DNA from: the human T2T-CHM13v2.0 reference genome, Homo sapiens
NCBI RefSeq assembly: GCF_009914755.1
Contig: NC_060942.1
Length of the DNA stretch: 64,000 bases
Strand: one strand, 5' to 3'
In this document: positions 1-12,672 of the stretch, in pieces
How the letters are laid out: the number at the start of each line of letters is the position of its first letter
Position numbering within the stretch: the first letter of the stretch is position 1
Position numbers and translations under genes: made by a program
The notes under the pieces: model-generated
Told to the model about the DNA's origin: nothing
What the model saw: the letters and a program-made list of their open reading frames with translations, nothing else
Databases searched by the model: none

Positions 1-16
1 GTGAAGTATGAGATTT

Positions 17-318
17 GAGGCTGTAGGGAAAAATCTGCTTTCATGCTTTTTTTCAGCTTTTAGAGGCTGCAGATCTTACTTCCATCTTCAAAGCCAGCAA
101 TGACTAGTCATGTCCTGATTCTTCTGCCTCTCTCTTTCCCATTGAAGGACCCTTGTGTTTACATTGTGACTACCTGGATAAAACAGGATAATCTATTTAA
201 GATTAGCTGATTAGCAGCCTTAACTCCCTCTTGGCTTGTAACCTAGCAAATTCAGGGGACAAGGATTGGACATCTTGTTGGTTAGTGTGGGCAGGGAGCG
301 CCATTCTCCCTGCATACA
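17..318 (-). mobile_element. MaLR LTR fragment, MLT1C/D-like
   Basis: Typical MLT1 antisense motifs (cttccatcttcaaagccagcaat, aaggacccttgtg..tacattg, caggataatct, agctgattagca); ends ...ctgcataca. Confidence 0.75.
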
Positions 319-1800
319 GTGTAAGACTCTTTAATGCAAGTGATTCTACCAAATAAGCTGACTGAACAGAGTTGCAACTTCTACCTAGGGTTGGAAACCA
401 GGAAGGCCGTGGAAAGAGGTACCAGCTTTCTGGCACTAGGAGAGAACAGAAATGTGTCTGCCCTTAAATACTTATTTATGTTCTCTATTTTAACCCATGG
501 ACTCTGAAAAGGGCCTAAATAGTATACTTTTAAATAAACTTCAAGAATATAATATTTTAGCCCACATATTCATGCCCCTCATATTTTTCATTTATCAATA
601 CTCCAAGCACCTTCTCCAGAAAAAATCCTGAGGACTATGCAATAAGCACATGACAACACAATAGAAAGCCAAATGTATTAGGTAAGTGAGAGCCTCTTCT
701 CATTAAGACATAACATGTCTGTTTTCCAAATAGCTGCTTCAACTGTGTGGAAATATTCCGTTCTCACTGGGTAGCAGACAGTTTCATTTCATAACTTTTT
801 GGAACCTTCTAGTCTGATTTTGGCTTTAAAGACCAAAGCTTGTTTTTTTCAGTCTGTTTGCTTGTTTTATTGATCTCCTGTTTAACTTAATGTCTTCTCT
901 CAATCCTAAATGCAACCTCAACTTGAAGCAAAAGATGTGTGTGTAGGATACCTCCAGTAGATGATTCCTTCTTTCTCTGCTCATCCTTCCAGGTCATCAT
1001 TCCCAAATGCTCTTTTCTTTTCTGGTCACCATAATAAGCAGACACTTCCAAACTTTTGAGTAGTTCTCCTGGGGCCTTTCTCTCTTGGCTTGAGAAAGTT
1101 CCACCTTGTTCACCATGAGGAGGGAAAGAAGGTCCTCTCTGTGAACCTTGCACTCTTCTCAAAAAAGTGACCCTCTCTCTTTCAGTGCTTTCATATACTA
1201 GGTGCAGGTAGTAATAGTGCCAGTTCTGATAACTTTTTGCTTCTTAAATTAGGAGGGGAAAAATCCAAATTGGTATTCTGGGATTACTGTAACTCTATTT
1301 CTTGGTTCCGTATGAGGAATCAGTCTCTTATCTTAAAATATACTCTAGGAATGTGCAGGGGTTCTAGTCCATTTCATAGAATTACTGTTGTAGCAGCTGC
1401 CATCAGCAGCCAGGTGGAGGTTTTTGCTTATCTTTCCTTAGGAAAAAAAGTCACATATATGTGCTGCCACAGAACCAGCATCATTTCCCAGCCCTCAAAC
1501 ATCTGGTTGGCATGTGTACAGACACACAACTCAAATCTCAGCTCCCATGAACATCCCTCTGAATCCAAAATTGGCCCAGAACTTGTTTTTAACTATTGTC
1601 ACACTTTCCTATGAGAGCATTAATATTCTATTCCACTACAACTAAATGACCTACCTCTATCATACCTACCCATAGTCCTGGCAGTTATCCAAGAATCTAT
1701 TTCAATAGTGAGCCTCTTGGACACCAGTGCCATCCTGCATAGTCTATCACAGAATGAGAGCCCCAGAAAATGCAATTAACAACATCATGGCCAGATGCCC

Positions 1801-2043
1801 ATTGAATATCCCAAATCTGAAAATCCAAAATCTGAAATGCTCAAAATTCAAAATGTTTTGAGTGCCGACATGATGTTCAAAGGAAAAGCTTACTGGAGTA
1901 TTTTGCACTTCGGATTTTTGGATTTGGGATTCTCAACCAGTAATTATAATGCAAATATTCCAAAATCCAAAGAAGAAAAGAAAAAATCTGAACTCTAAAA
2001 CATTTCTGGTCCCAACCATTTCAGATAAGGGATATTCAACCTG
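1801..2043 (+). mobile_element. Tigger4a (Zombi/MER46 group) MITE
   Basis: ttgaatatcccaaatctgaaaatccaaaatctgaaatgctc ... ggtcccaaccatttcagataagggatattcaacctg; matches recalled Tigger4a consensus and its terminal inverted repeat. Confidence 0.88.
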
Positions 2044-2058
2044 AATTTCTTCATATCA

Positions 2059-2236
2059 TGTCCTCCTACCTCCATGGCTACTCTTTCTCAGTCTCCTTTG
2101 TGAACTCTTTCTACTGTTCAGCCTCTAAGTTTTAGACCACCAGGGTTCTTGTTCCTGGGACTCTGTTTTCTCTCTGTACTCTCACAGTGATCTCATCCAA
2201 TCCTGTGGCATTAGATGCCATTCATACACTAATGAC
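2059..2236 (+). mobile_element. L2 LINE fragment (RT region)
   Basis: tcctcctacctc..ttctcagtctcctttg..cagggttct..gatctcatccaatcc..cattcatacactaatgac, a decayed PQGS...YADD region. Confidence 0.7.
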
Positions 2237-2645
2237 CAGGACTAGCTTCATGGGCATGCTATCTGTGAAGCTGCACAAGACCTCACATTCTGATGGGCCC
2301 TGTGTTTAGTTTAATGCAATGATGTTGCTGTCTTAAAAGCTTTAATAATTAATTTGATCTTTGAATCGATATTGTGTAAGTGAAGACTGATGGGACAATG
2401 GAGCACGTGTACCAGCAGAGGATATGCCACCATGTATGTGTCTACCACCACTCTTTGACAATCCATTTGCCACATGAACACAGAATTCTGGTGGGCTTAT
2501 ATGCATGTGGTTCAATGAGAAAGAGAGAAAAAAAGGTACCGTTTACATCTACAATGGAATAAGTGGGGACACTGACATTCTCAAGAGGCCACATTTTCCA
2601 TTTGAACAAGAACTTGTTTAGACATAGAACACAAAAAGTCAAGAA
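2237..2645 (+). mobile_element. MER45B/C-like hAT-Tip100 DNA transposon fragment
   Basis: Starts caggactagcttcatgggc (MER45 end); internal tgtaagtgaagactgatgggacaatggagca and gaggccacattttccatttgaacaagaacttg. Confidence 0.75.
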
Positions 2646-3192
2646 ACCCTATGCACACCCTGAACTCAGCATGCTTATGTGTGAGCTGTGGGGGCAGAGG
2701 TGATAGTATGAAGGTTAAGGTCCATCCAGTGCATAGCAATGCCCTGATGAGGCTACCATCTGGTCACACTTTTAATTTCACATACCTCTGGGCTTAGTCA
2801 TTTTCTCCTAGGACCAGCACCTACACCTGAAAGAGGTGACAACTTCAACTACCCACCTGGTATTGACCTTAGGTTATCATCCTAGACTTCTGATTCACTC
2901 AACAATATTTTATTTGGGGATCCTTGATGTCTTCCACATCACTGGGCTTTTGAGAGGCACCTACTCCTATACCATAAGACTCCTTTATCTCTGAATCTTA
3001 GAAAGAGTTGAAATAAATGGCTTTATAAAAAAACAAAAAGTTCTCTAGGATCCTCATGTAACTTGCTCCATCCTCTCCCCCAAGATCTGCATGCAGAGAC
3101 AGGACCTAGAAGAGAATGCCAGCTTCCCTAAGTCAGACCAAAAGTCCCCACCCTCCTTTTCTACAGGAATTATTACTTTCTGGTATATATCG

Positions 3193-3450
3193 GTGTAGCC
3201 TAGTGTCATGAACATAGGTGTCAAACCCAGAGCACCTCAGTTCTAAATCTATGTTTGCTTATATCTTACCTGAGTAACACTGAGGAAGTTGCTTATCTTC
3301 CCTGCACCTCAATTTCCTCATACAAAAAAAAAAGCATATAATAATAGAATTTACCTTTTGAAGTTGTTGTATCTTTTAAATAAATAACTCAATTTACAGG
3401 GCTTGTAACAGTGTCTGGCCTACACAGCATTATGTAACTATTCTGCATTA
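3193..3450 (+). mobile_element. MIR SINE
   Basis: Core cctcaatttcctcatac..aataataga..acct..gttgttg, and 3' acagtgtctggc. Confidence 0.75.
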
Positions 3451-3479
3451 TTAATTTTTTGAAGATGGGTAAAAAAGTT

Positions 3480-4576
3480 ATTTATTCAAGTAATAATTTA
3501 TTGAATCTTTATTGTATGTTTAGCATTGGGGGTACAGTTGTGAAAGGAACAGACATGTTTCCTACCTGCATGGATTTTACAACCTAGTAAGGCACAGTTG
3601 GAGAGACAGACAGGAAGCAATCATACAAGCAATTTAATAGTTATAAAATGTAGTAAGTGCTTTGAAAGAAGCAACTGTGTGTGGTTAAAGAGAATACAAG
3701 AGGAAAATCTAGTTTAGATATAATCACCAAAAAAAGTCATCTGAGGAGATAACACTTTAAGCCAAGAATAGATGATGAAAGGAACCATGCATGAAAGGTT
3801 GAGGGGTAAAGGGAGCAGGAGGGGCATTTTAATTACAGGGAGCAGCATGTGCAAAGGTCTTAAGCCATGAAAAAGCTTGCTTTGTGCAATAACCTGAAAG
3901 AAAGCTAGTATATCTGGAACCTGGTAATAAAGGTGAAACATTAAAAAAGGAGCCTGGAGAGGTAGGTGGAATCAAATCATACATGGGCTTATAAACCATG
4001 GGAAAAGTTGGAATTTTATTTAAGTGCAAAGGAAATCAGTGAACCAAATGATTAGGTTTAACTTATTAAATTATCACTTTGTTTCTTTCATAGAAAATGG
4101 ACCTTTGGGGAAAAATCAGGAAGACTAATTAGTAATCTAGGAGAAAATTCTGGTGGCTTGGATTAGGGTGGTAAAAGTAGATATAGGGAGAAAGGAAATG
4201 AATTTGAAGCATGATTTGGAGAAAAATTGGATAGGACTTGCTGATGGATTGACTATGGGAGAGAAGAAGAGGGAGGAATGAAGATTGACTCTCAGCATCC
4301 TGGTGTGAGCAATAGAGTGAATTTTGGGGGCACTTGCAGTGATTAGGAAGACAGAAGAAAAGTTGAATATTTTAGGGGGAGATATAGAGGTGAATTTTCA
4401 GTTAGCTTATACACTTTGAGATAGCTCTGAGATATTTTACCTGGGCTGCCAATTAAAAACATAGCTTCAATAAGAGTCACAGCTTCAGAAAAGAAATTTG
4501 AGAGGTATAATTTTGAGAGTTATCTGTTAGTAGATGGTATTTAGAACATAAAAAGTGAGAGATGCAAGTGATGAAG
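3480..4576 (-). mobile_element. L2 LINE, 3' part
   Basis: L2 3' end at left (ttattcaag..tttattga..aacagacatgtttcct); purine-rich body (cagcatgtgcaaagg, ggtggcttggattagggtggt, ataggacttgctgatggatt). Confidence 0.8.
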
Positions 4577-6066
4577 AATACCCAAAAGAATATTGAAAAA
4601 AAATTAGAGAATTCAAACTCCCTGATAAACTTACTACAAAGCTACAGTAGTCAAGATGGTGTGGCACTGGCTTAAGGATAGACACACAGATTAATAGAAT
4701 AAATTTAAGAATCTACAAATAAACCATTAACTTATGGTCAATTGACTTTTGAAATGGGTGCTAAAACAATTCAACGAAGGAAACAATAGCCTTTTCAACA
4801 AATGGTACAGAAACAACTGGATAGTCACATGAAAACCAACGAAGTTGGAATTGTACTTCAAGAAAAAATTAAAATGGGTTTAAAAATTGATCCAAAATGC
4901 AACATAGAAATTATTGTGTAATTATAAATTATAATTACAAATTATATATATAAATTATAGGTGTAAACCTACTTAAAACATTTGGAGAAAAATATAGGCA
5001 AAATCTTTGTGACCTTAGATTTTTAGGTACGTTTTTTAGATGTGACAACAAATGCGCAAGCAGCAGCGGCAGCAGCAGTAACCAAATACATAAGTTCAAC
5101 TTTGTCAAAGTTAAAAACATTCGTACTTGAAAAGACACCATCAAGGAAGTCACATATCACCCACAGAATGGGAGAAAATATTTGCAAGTAATACATTTGA
5201 TGTTGGTGATGGACTTGTTCCTAGAATATGTAATAGAAAACTTACCATTCAACAATTTAAAAAATCCGATTGAAAAAATGGGTAGAAGATCTAAATAGAC
5301 ATTTATCTAAGAGGATATACAAATACCCAACAAGTACATAAAAGGTTGCTCAACGTAATTAATCATTAAAAAGATGCAAATTAAAGCTATTATGAGATAC
5401 CACTTCATACACATTAGGATAGCGGTCATCAAAAAGACAACATGTTGATGAGGATGTAGAAAAATCAAAACCCTTATACACTGCTGTTGGGATTGAAAGA
5501 TGGTTCTGCTGCTTTGGAAAACAGGTTAGCAGTTTCTCAAAATGTTAAACATAGAGTTATCACATGGCCTAGCAATTCCACTCCTAGATATATCCAATAG
5601 AAATGAAAACATGTCCACACAAACACATGAACCCAAATATTTGTAGCAGCATTATTTATGATAACCAAAAAGTAGAAACAACCCAAATGTTTACCAGCTG
5701 ATGAATGGATAAAGAATTGTCATATATAATACAATGAAAAGTATTTGTTAATAAAAGGGAATGAAGTTTCAATACATGCTAGAAATGGGAACATTGAAAA
5801 CATGCTAAGTGAAAGAAGCTACCCACAAAAGGCCACATCTTCTATGATACCATTTATATGAGATGTCCAAGATAAACAAATCTATAGAGACAGAGAATAG
5901 ATAAGGGATAGGAGCAATAGGAAATGGGGAGCGGGTGCTTGTGTATGAGATTTTTGGGGGAGGGTGATGAAAATATTTTAGAATTAAGTAGTAGTGTAAG
6001 TAGTAGTGATGGTTTCACAACTTTGTATTATATGTAAATAATATTTCAATAAAATTGTTATAAAAA
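4577..6066 (+). mobile_element. 5'-truncated L1MB7/8-like LINE inserted in L2
   Basis: ORF2 3' remnant (ttactacaaagctacagtagtcaag, gaatgggagaaaatatttgca) and MB-type 3' UTR ending tttcaataaaattgttataaaaa. Confidence 0.85.
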
Positions 6067-6560
6067 TTTGTAAGGTCATCTAGAGAGAAAGTTTAAAAAG
6101 GTAACAGATAACCATTAGATCTGGTGATGTAGCATTATCTTTATCTCTTATTAGACTGTAAGTTCCCTGAAGGCAGGTTGATAAGAGCATTAATTTATGT
6201 GGAATGGAGCAGAGACAGAGCAGAGTGGGTGGGGGACACTCATCAATCATCTTGAAGGACTGGAGAGAATAATAATTGTGGACCTCTGCTTTCTGCCTGT
6301 TGAAGAAGCAGTTAAGTGACGGGACAGCTACTAGAGGACATTGGATAAAGGGAGCAGCTTTTTTAAACATAGAAGATACCGGAACCATAGGTGATGGTGA
6401 TGATTCAGTAAATGCAAAGGGGGCTGTAAGTAAAGAAGTGAAATCCCCAAGAAAGTGAAAAGGCATGTCATCCCAGAGACTAGTGGAGGAATGTACTTCA
6501 GTTGGGAAGAGAGTGAATCTTCCATTACAATAGGAGGGGCATGGAGCAAGATTCCAAACT
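6067..6560 (-). mobile_element. L2 LINE continuation (ORF2 RT N-terminal region)
   Basis: ccattagatctggtgatgtag..ttgataagagca..; minus translation SSTSLWDDMPFHFLGDF resembles L2 PSTCALDPIPSHLLKD. Confidence 0.7.
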
Positions 6561-7429
6561 CTCCTCCTGGGATGTACAAGTGGCTTCGAACAAGGAGATA
6601 CAGGTTTTTTCAGCTTGGTATGCAGGACCATCTGAAAGCTGCCTTCAATGATAAAAAAATTTTTCTTTCCTTTTTTTGGCAACCATTTTAAACCTTAATT
6701 CAGACCTCCCAGAGTTCAAATGTTCAACCAGAGTGGCTGGCCCTCTTCAGTATTTCAGCCAATCAGATAGCAGCTCTGCTCAAGGTCCCAGCCAATCTAA
6801 TTTCTTGGCCCATATGTAATTGAGCTTAGCAATGAAATGACATGTTCTTCATTCCACTTCTCTAACGGCATCATTTTGCAACCCCACTCCTGCCCAGTCT
6901 GGTAAAGAGGAAAGGAGTTGTAAATGTGTTCACACACACATTGCTCTTGTTCCTATATACCAATTTTCCTTTGTACTTCAAAAATATATGCTCATATTAT
7001 GCTTTATGAGGGCTTTTACAATGGAAACAACCATCTACACCCTCCTCTTTCTCTCATTATTTTCCTAAATTTAACATCACAGATTTCATACTACTACATA
7101 TTTCTGCTTAGTTGAAAATACTCATGATTAAAAATGAGCGTTGCCATTGAAATGTATCATGTTACCAAAGTATTTCTTGCAAATTATATAAAATTTATTT
7201 TCACTTTATCAGTAGGATTTAAAATATTTTTAAAATCACAAACAGCTGGGATCTTGAAAATAATGTTTCAAAATGAGATTTCCATCATTTTCCGTGGAAT
7301 GCAGGTGGAATGTCTGTTGTTAGGGAAAATATTTTAAAGATACTATTTTCTTTCCATAAGATTTTATAAAATGGCAGTGGTTTGAACAAACAAACAAATC
7401 TTTATGATCCATAATTGCAATACTTGAAA

Positions 7430-7705
7430 TAATGAAATGATTAGAAATTATGGACTCTAAACGCCTTATTTTATGGAAGAAACTGATACCAAGAAAGGGT
7501 GCATGAATGCTCTGTGTCACAGGGGATTTTTGTGGGGCTGAGACCGTGTGCTGACTTCTCAGCTCCTACAATGCCTCCTCGTGATGAGGAAACAGCAGGA
7601 CCTTCCTTATTATGCTAGTTGGTTCACTGAAGATGGATGTGATTCCACTTTCTCATCTCTAAAATGAAAAGGTTGAATTATACGTCTAAGGTTCTGCCTG
7701 GCTAG
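7430..7705. mobile_element. Two MIR/MIR3 fragments in opposite orientations
   Basis: ttattttatggaagaaactgatacc (minus) and cactttctcatctctaaaatg..tctaaggttct (plus). Confidence 0.55.
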
Positions 7706-8164
7706 AATAACTGTAGTCTCTGAATTTGGACAAAAAGAAATGCAAATTGCAGGAGAAGAATGTGCTAAATGCAGATACTCATCACGATCTCAAATTGTAG
7801 TCATTTTTTTTCTTCAAAATAACAATACAAAAATTCCTTGCACTTTTGTATCATTCCGTACAGTTCTAGGGGTCCTTACAGTTATGGTCCATAGCATCCT
7901 CAGCAACAGAGTTGGCTATATAACTCACACTTGCCCTAATCATGGTATCCAGGCACATTATATACATATAGAATTTTATGTGCAGTCACTGGGAGATAAA
8001 GGTAAAAATTATTTGCTTTGAGGTTACTAGCTGGGATGATATAAGCCTGGAACTATCTATTTATAGTTTCATCCCTCCATGTCTGCACCACAGCCTCTAA
8101 CCCCCTCAACAAGGAGGAAAATGAGCAGAGGAGGAGGTGCAGGGGATGGGTGGTGTGGGGCCGA

Positions 8165-8342
8165 GATGACAGGAAAATGAGAAATAGAAAGACAGAGAAT
8201 CACTCAGATTCCTGATTTATCTATGCCTGAAGTGTCTTCCTGGACTTCCAATTACATGAGGCAATAAATTACTCCTTTTTTGCTTAAGCTAATTTGAATT
8301 GCTTTTCTATCACCTTTATCTGCAAGACCCTTGACTAATGCA
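8165..8342 (+). mobile_element. MLT1J/K-like LTR 3' fragment
   Basis: ctatgcctgaag..ggacttccaattacatgaggcaataaatt..ttgcttaagctaatttgaatt..cttgactaatgca. Confidence 0.7.
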
Positions 8343-8507
8343 ATTACCTTTTACCCCACAGGGAAATGGAAAGCAGTTCTCAAAATAAAAGGCCTCAAAA
8401 TAAATCCCAAGGATAGTAGGTAATATTCCCCCAATTATTAGACATGATCCTCAGTTATTTTCACTTATTCATTCATTTGCTGAGCACTTTACATATGCAA
8501 AGTACCC

Positions 8508-8710
8508 TATCTTAATCCATTCTGGCTTCTACAGCAAAATACCATAGACTGGGGTGGCTTATAAACAACAGAAATTTATTTGTCACACTTCTGGTGACTG
8601 GGAATCCAAGATGAAGGCACTGGCAGATTCAGGGTCTGGTGAGGACACATTCTCTGGCTCATAGTGTCATTTCACTGTGTCTTCACATGGGGAAGGAGTG
8701 AGCTAGCTCA
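8508..8710 (-). mobile_element. MLT1A-like LTR fragment
   Basis: aaaataccatagactggggtggcttataaacaacagaaatttattt..tccaagat..ggcagattc..gtctggtgagg. Confidence 0.8.
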
Positions 8711-9506
8711 CGTGGACTCCATGGACTTGGACTTTGAATATGTTAATGAGGGGTTAGCATGCTGTGGTGGGGAAAGATAGAATGACTCTGTCTAGTCCAC
8801 AGGAAAAGGTCATAAGCTGAGACGGATGTTATCTCTTGGGTGGAGACCACTGACTTTGTCATCCTGTTCTTGACTTTGAGAAAAATACAAAACACTCACA
8901 ATCTGAAACAAATCATTTAGAATGAGAGAGTGTGAAAAAACAGAAGCAACAAAGAAAGGGGAGGAGGAACTGCCAAGGACTCATTAGGACAACAGATATC
9001 AATTGCCACATCTCCAGGTACTTGAAAAATTAGTTGAGCTGCTGGTGAGGGAGCATTTCTTTTTGAATATGACTGATGGAAAAGATCAGAAAGCAAGAGT
9101 TAGCAGAGGTTTGTGAATCTAAATAAGCTGCTTAATGTTGCTGAATAGAAAAAAAATCTAGATAGATGTTTTAAGCTTGCTTCTTAGAAGGTTCAAATAC
9201 AGAAAAAAGACAAATTAGTAGTGACAACTTTCTGTGGACTGAATCCAAACAAGGTAGCTCATCAGAAGAATTGAAATCTTAGCAATAAAGTTTTGTGTGA
9301 AACATTTTTTTAAAATGAAAACTAAAGCTTAAATATTGGATCTGCCTTTAAATTAATATCCTTTGGAACTGGTATGTATGTAAACCTTGTAAAAATCCAT
9401 GAATTATCAATCCATGGCAGAGTCTCATAGAGTTTACTTTTGGGTTGCTGATCATGTGTTAGGAAGAACATAGGAGAGCTTAGTTGTAGGGGAAACAGAA
9501 TGCGAG

Positions 9507-9869
<363 letters not shown>

Positions 9870-10409
9870 CTAATTGCAAAAATATTGTAATGTTTGTTAG
9901 CAGTACATAATATAGTCAGGATGAAGCCTTGATAAGTTACTGAATGAATAGAGCTGGAGTCTACATAACTCTGATGGGACAGACCCTAGACCTCCCTTCC
10001 TTCAGCTGCTGCTCCAGCCCCTCATTTTCCATGATGTAGTAATAAGTTCAGGCCCTTGCACTTGTGTGCATGGTTGGGAGCCAATGTGCACCCAATTCAT
10101 GTGCCCTCTTCAGTTGTTTTCATCAAAAAATGCCTGTAGTCCGGCCCCATTCAAAACAGTCCAGGAGGTAAAGTTCTCGACTGTCTTCCCAGGGACTCTG
10201 GCTTCTGAATTTTATTCCATCCTATGCCAAAGACCTCCACACTCTGACAAGAAAGCTCTTGCTCAAGTGTGCATTGTCACAGTGCTTAAAAAGTGGATGA
10301 CATTCACATCACATGCAGTAAATAAGATCCTGTGAGAGTTTTCTAAGTAATCCATGGTTGGTGACATGTTTCCAGTTTCCTAAGCACAGTTGGGCATCAT
10401 CCTGCTAGG

Positions 10410-10595
10410 GCCAGTGAAAGGAAGGTGACTCAGAATCTAACTAGAAGACCACGAGTGGCCTCTGGAGTGGCTCTGCCACCTCATTGCATTTAACTCGGGC
10501 CCTTCTTTTTGGGGCTTAAGTTTCTTCATCTTTGAAATGAGGGAGTAGAATGAATGGCCTACAGTTGTCCATCTTGTTCTAAATGTCACTGATTC
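10410..10595 (+). mobile_element. MIR/MIR3 fragment
   Basis: ctctgccacc..ggcttaagtttcttcatctttgaaatgaggg. Confidence 0.55.
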
Positions 10596-10684
10596 AACAA
10601 AAACAGACTCTCCCAACTTTTCATTTTCTTAAATGAATAAAGGTTCAGCACTTGTTTTAATACCAGAAAAAGTGAAGTTGTTTT

Positions 10685-11409
10685 TGTGTCAGTAAAGGTA
10701 TGACCAGAAAAACAGAAGAGGTAGGAAATATATTCAATTTATTGCAGGAAACTGGCTTATACCATTGTGAGATCTGGCGAGGCAAGAACAAAATCTGTAG
10801 GATAGGCCATCAAGAAGGGCAGATGGAGGCCGGGTGCGGTGGCTTACACCTGTAATCCCAGCACTTTGGGAGGCCGAGGCCCGTGGATCATGAGGTCAGG
10901 AGTTTGAGACCAGCCAGGCCAACATAGTGAAACCTCGTCTCTACTAAAAATACAAAAAAAATTATCTAGGCGTGGTGGTGGGCGCCTGTAATCCCAGCTA
11001 TTCAGGAGGTTGAGGCAGGAGAATCGCTTGAACCCGGGAGGCAGAGGTTCAATGAGCCAAGATCATGCCATTACACTCCAGCCTGGGCAACAGAGCAAGA
11101 CTCCATCTCAAAAAAAGAAAGAAAAGAAAAGAAAAAAAAAAGAAAGGCAGACTGGAACTCTTGGACACAGGTTGAACCTGTAGTCTATCGGCAGAATTTC
11201 TTCTGGAAATCTCAGTTCTGCTCTTAAACCTTTTCAACTGGTTGAATTTGAACCGTCTGATTATCTAGGATAAACTCCTTTACTTAAAGTCATCTTATTA
11301 TGAACATTAATCACACCTGCAAAATGCCTTCTTGGCAATGCCTAGAGCGTATTTGATGGAATAACTGGGGGTTAGAGCCTAGACAGGCTCACATAAGGTT
11401 GACCTCACA
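10685..11409 (-). mobile_element. MLT2 (ERVL) solo LTR interrupted by an Alu
   Basis: tg...ca ends; ggcagaatttcttct, ccttttcaactg, ctcctttacttaaagtca, gtatttga..aataactggg..agcctag. Confidence 0.8.
10828..11140 (+). mobile_element. AluS (Sg-like) inside MLT2
   Basis: Full dimer; TSD aagaagggcagatgga / aagaaaggcagactgga. Confidence 0.95.
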
Positions 11410-12208
11410 GTACGCATCACAGTAACAGCTCCCACTGGACATTTATTTCTGAGGGCAGAATTTCCTTGGTATGGAGTGGGCTCCTTTTGTCCTCATCTTA
11501 GTGAGCTTCACAGCGGCATTCAAGACTGTTGGCCGATGTCTGTTTTTCCCACCCAGTCTCCTATTTTGATTTCCTTGGCATTGCTCCCACCTAGTTTTCC
11601 TCTTACATCTCTAACAGCTTCTCAGATCCTCCTCCTCCACTTAGCCTTTACTTCCGTCTGTACATTCCATCTTTGCCTAACTTCATCTCTTCTGCTGCTA
11701 TTGAATACCATTATATGCTGGTGACTTTCTCAATTGCATCTCCAGCTCAGAACTTGCCTTTGAGCTTCAAATGCATAACCAACTGCTTATGTTCCTTATC
11801 ACCACTCCCAGGAATCTCAAAGTCAAAACATCCCAAGTAGAACACACTGTCTGTCTCCCACCACCAACCCTACTCTTCCATTGCCTTTCCCATCATGGCT
11901 AATGGCACCATCACCCACCATTTTTCATGTCAGAACTCATCATTCTAGATTTGATTTCCTTCACTCATTACATCTAAACCAAGCCACAGTCCCATTTTTC
12001 ACATCTGTCTGCTGTCTCCACACAATTGTTCCTGCCACTGTAGCAAAACTCTCTTACTTCTTGTCAGAACAATTACAATTGCCTTCTAACTCATCTGCCT
12101 TCTTTACTTCTTGCCTTCCTCCAATTCATTCTCCAGAGAACACTTTTAGTGGTTTTAAAAGATGTAAATCAGATCACATCACTGTGCTTAAAAGTAATTC
12201 CTGCTCTC

Positions 12209-12446
12209 TTGTTCTCACTCATAGGTGGGAATTGAACAATGAGAACACTTGGACACAGGAAGGGGAACATCACACACCGGGGCCTGTTGTGGGGTGGGGG
12301 GAGGGGGGAGGGATAGCATTAGGATATATACCTAATGTAAATGACGAGTTAATGGGTGTTACATATGTAAAAACCTGCACGTTGTGCACATGTACCCTAG
12401 AGCTTAAAGTATAATAAAAAATATATATATATAAATGAATTTAATA
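12209..12446 (+). mobile_element. Short 3' end of a young L1PA (PA3-PA5-like)
   Basis: gttctcactcataggtgggaattgaacaatgagaacacttggacacaggaagggg, G-tract, tail; 19-bp TSD aaaagta(a/t)ttcctgctctc at 12190-12208 and 12447-12465. Confidence 0.93.
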
Positions 12447-12541
12447 AAAAGTATTTCCTGCTCTCACATATACACAGAGTACAGTGCTTCTTGCCAGTCC
12501 CCATTTGTTCTCTGTGTCTTGATCCATCTCAGTGCTGTTTC

Positions 12542-12672
12542 TTTTGTTTTATTTCTTTAGAGACAGGGTCTCACTCTGTTGCCCAGGCTGGGCTGAAACT
12601 CTGGGCTGAAGCAATCCGCCCACCTCAGACTCCTGAGTAGCTGGAATACAGGCAAGAGCAGCACACCTGGCC
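12542..12672 (-). mobile_element. Free left Alu monomer (FLAM)
   Basis: Single monomer: agagacagggtctcactctgttgcccaggctgg..gagtagctgg..cacacctggcc. Confidence 0.85.

Noticed and set aside
887-1614. 91-aa and 125-aa ORFs in unique-looking DNA
   Set aside because: Non-ATG starts, no recognisable domain, and no poly-A/TSD of a retrocopy
9188-9253. Possible 66-nt coding exon (KVQIQKKDKLVVTTFCGLNPNK)
   Set aside because: Weak donor (gtagct), unrecognised peptide and no partner exons
11881-12414. 177-aa ORF
   Set aside because: TTG-started chance read-through from pyrimidine-rich L2 into an L1 3' UTR
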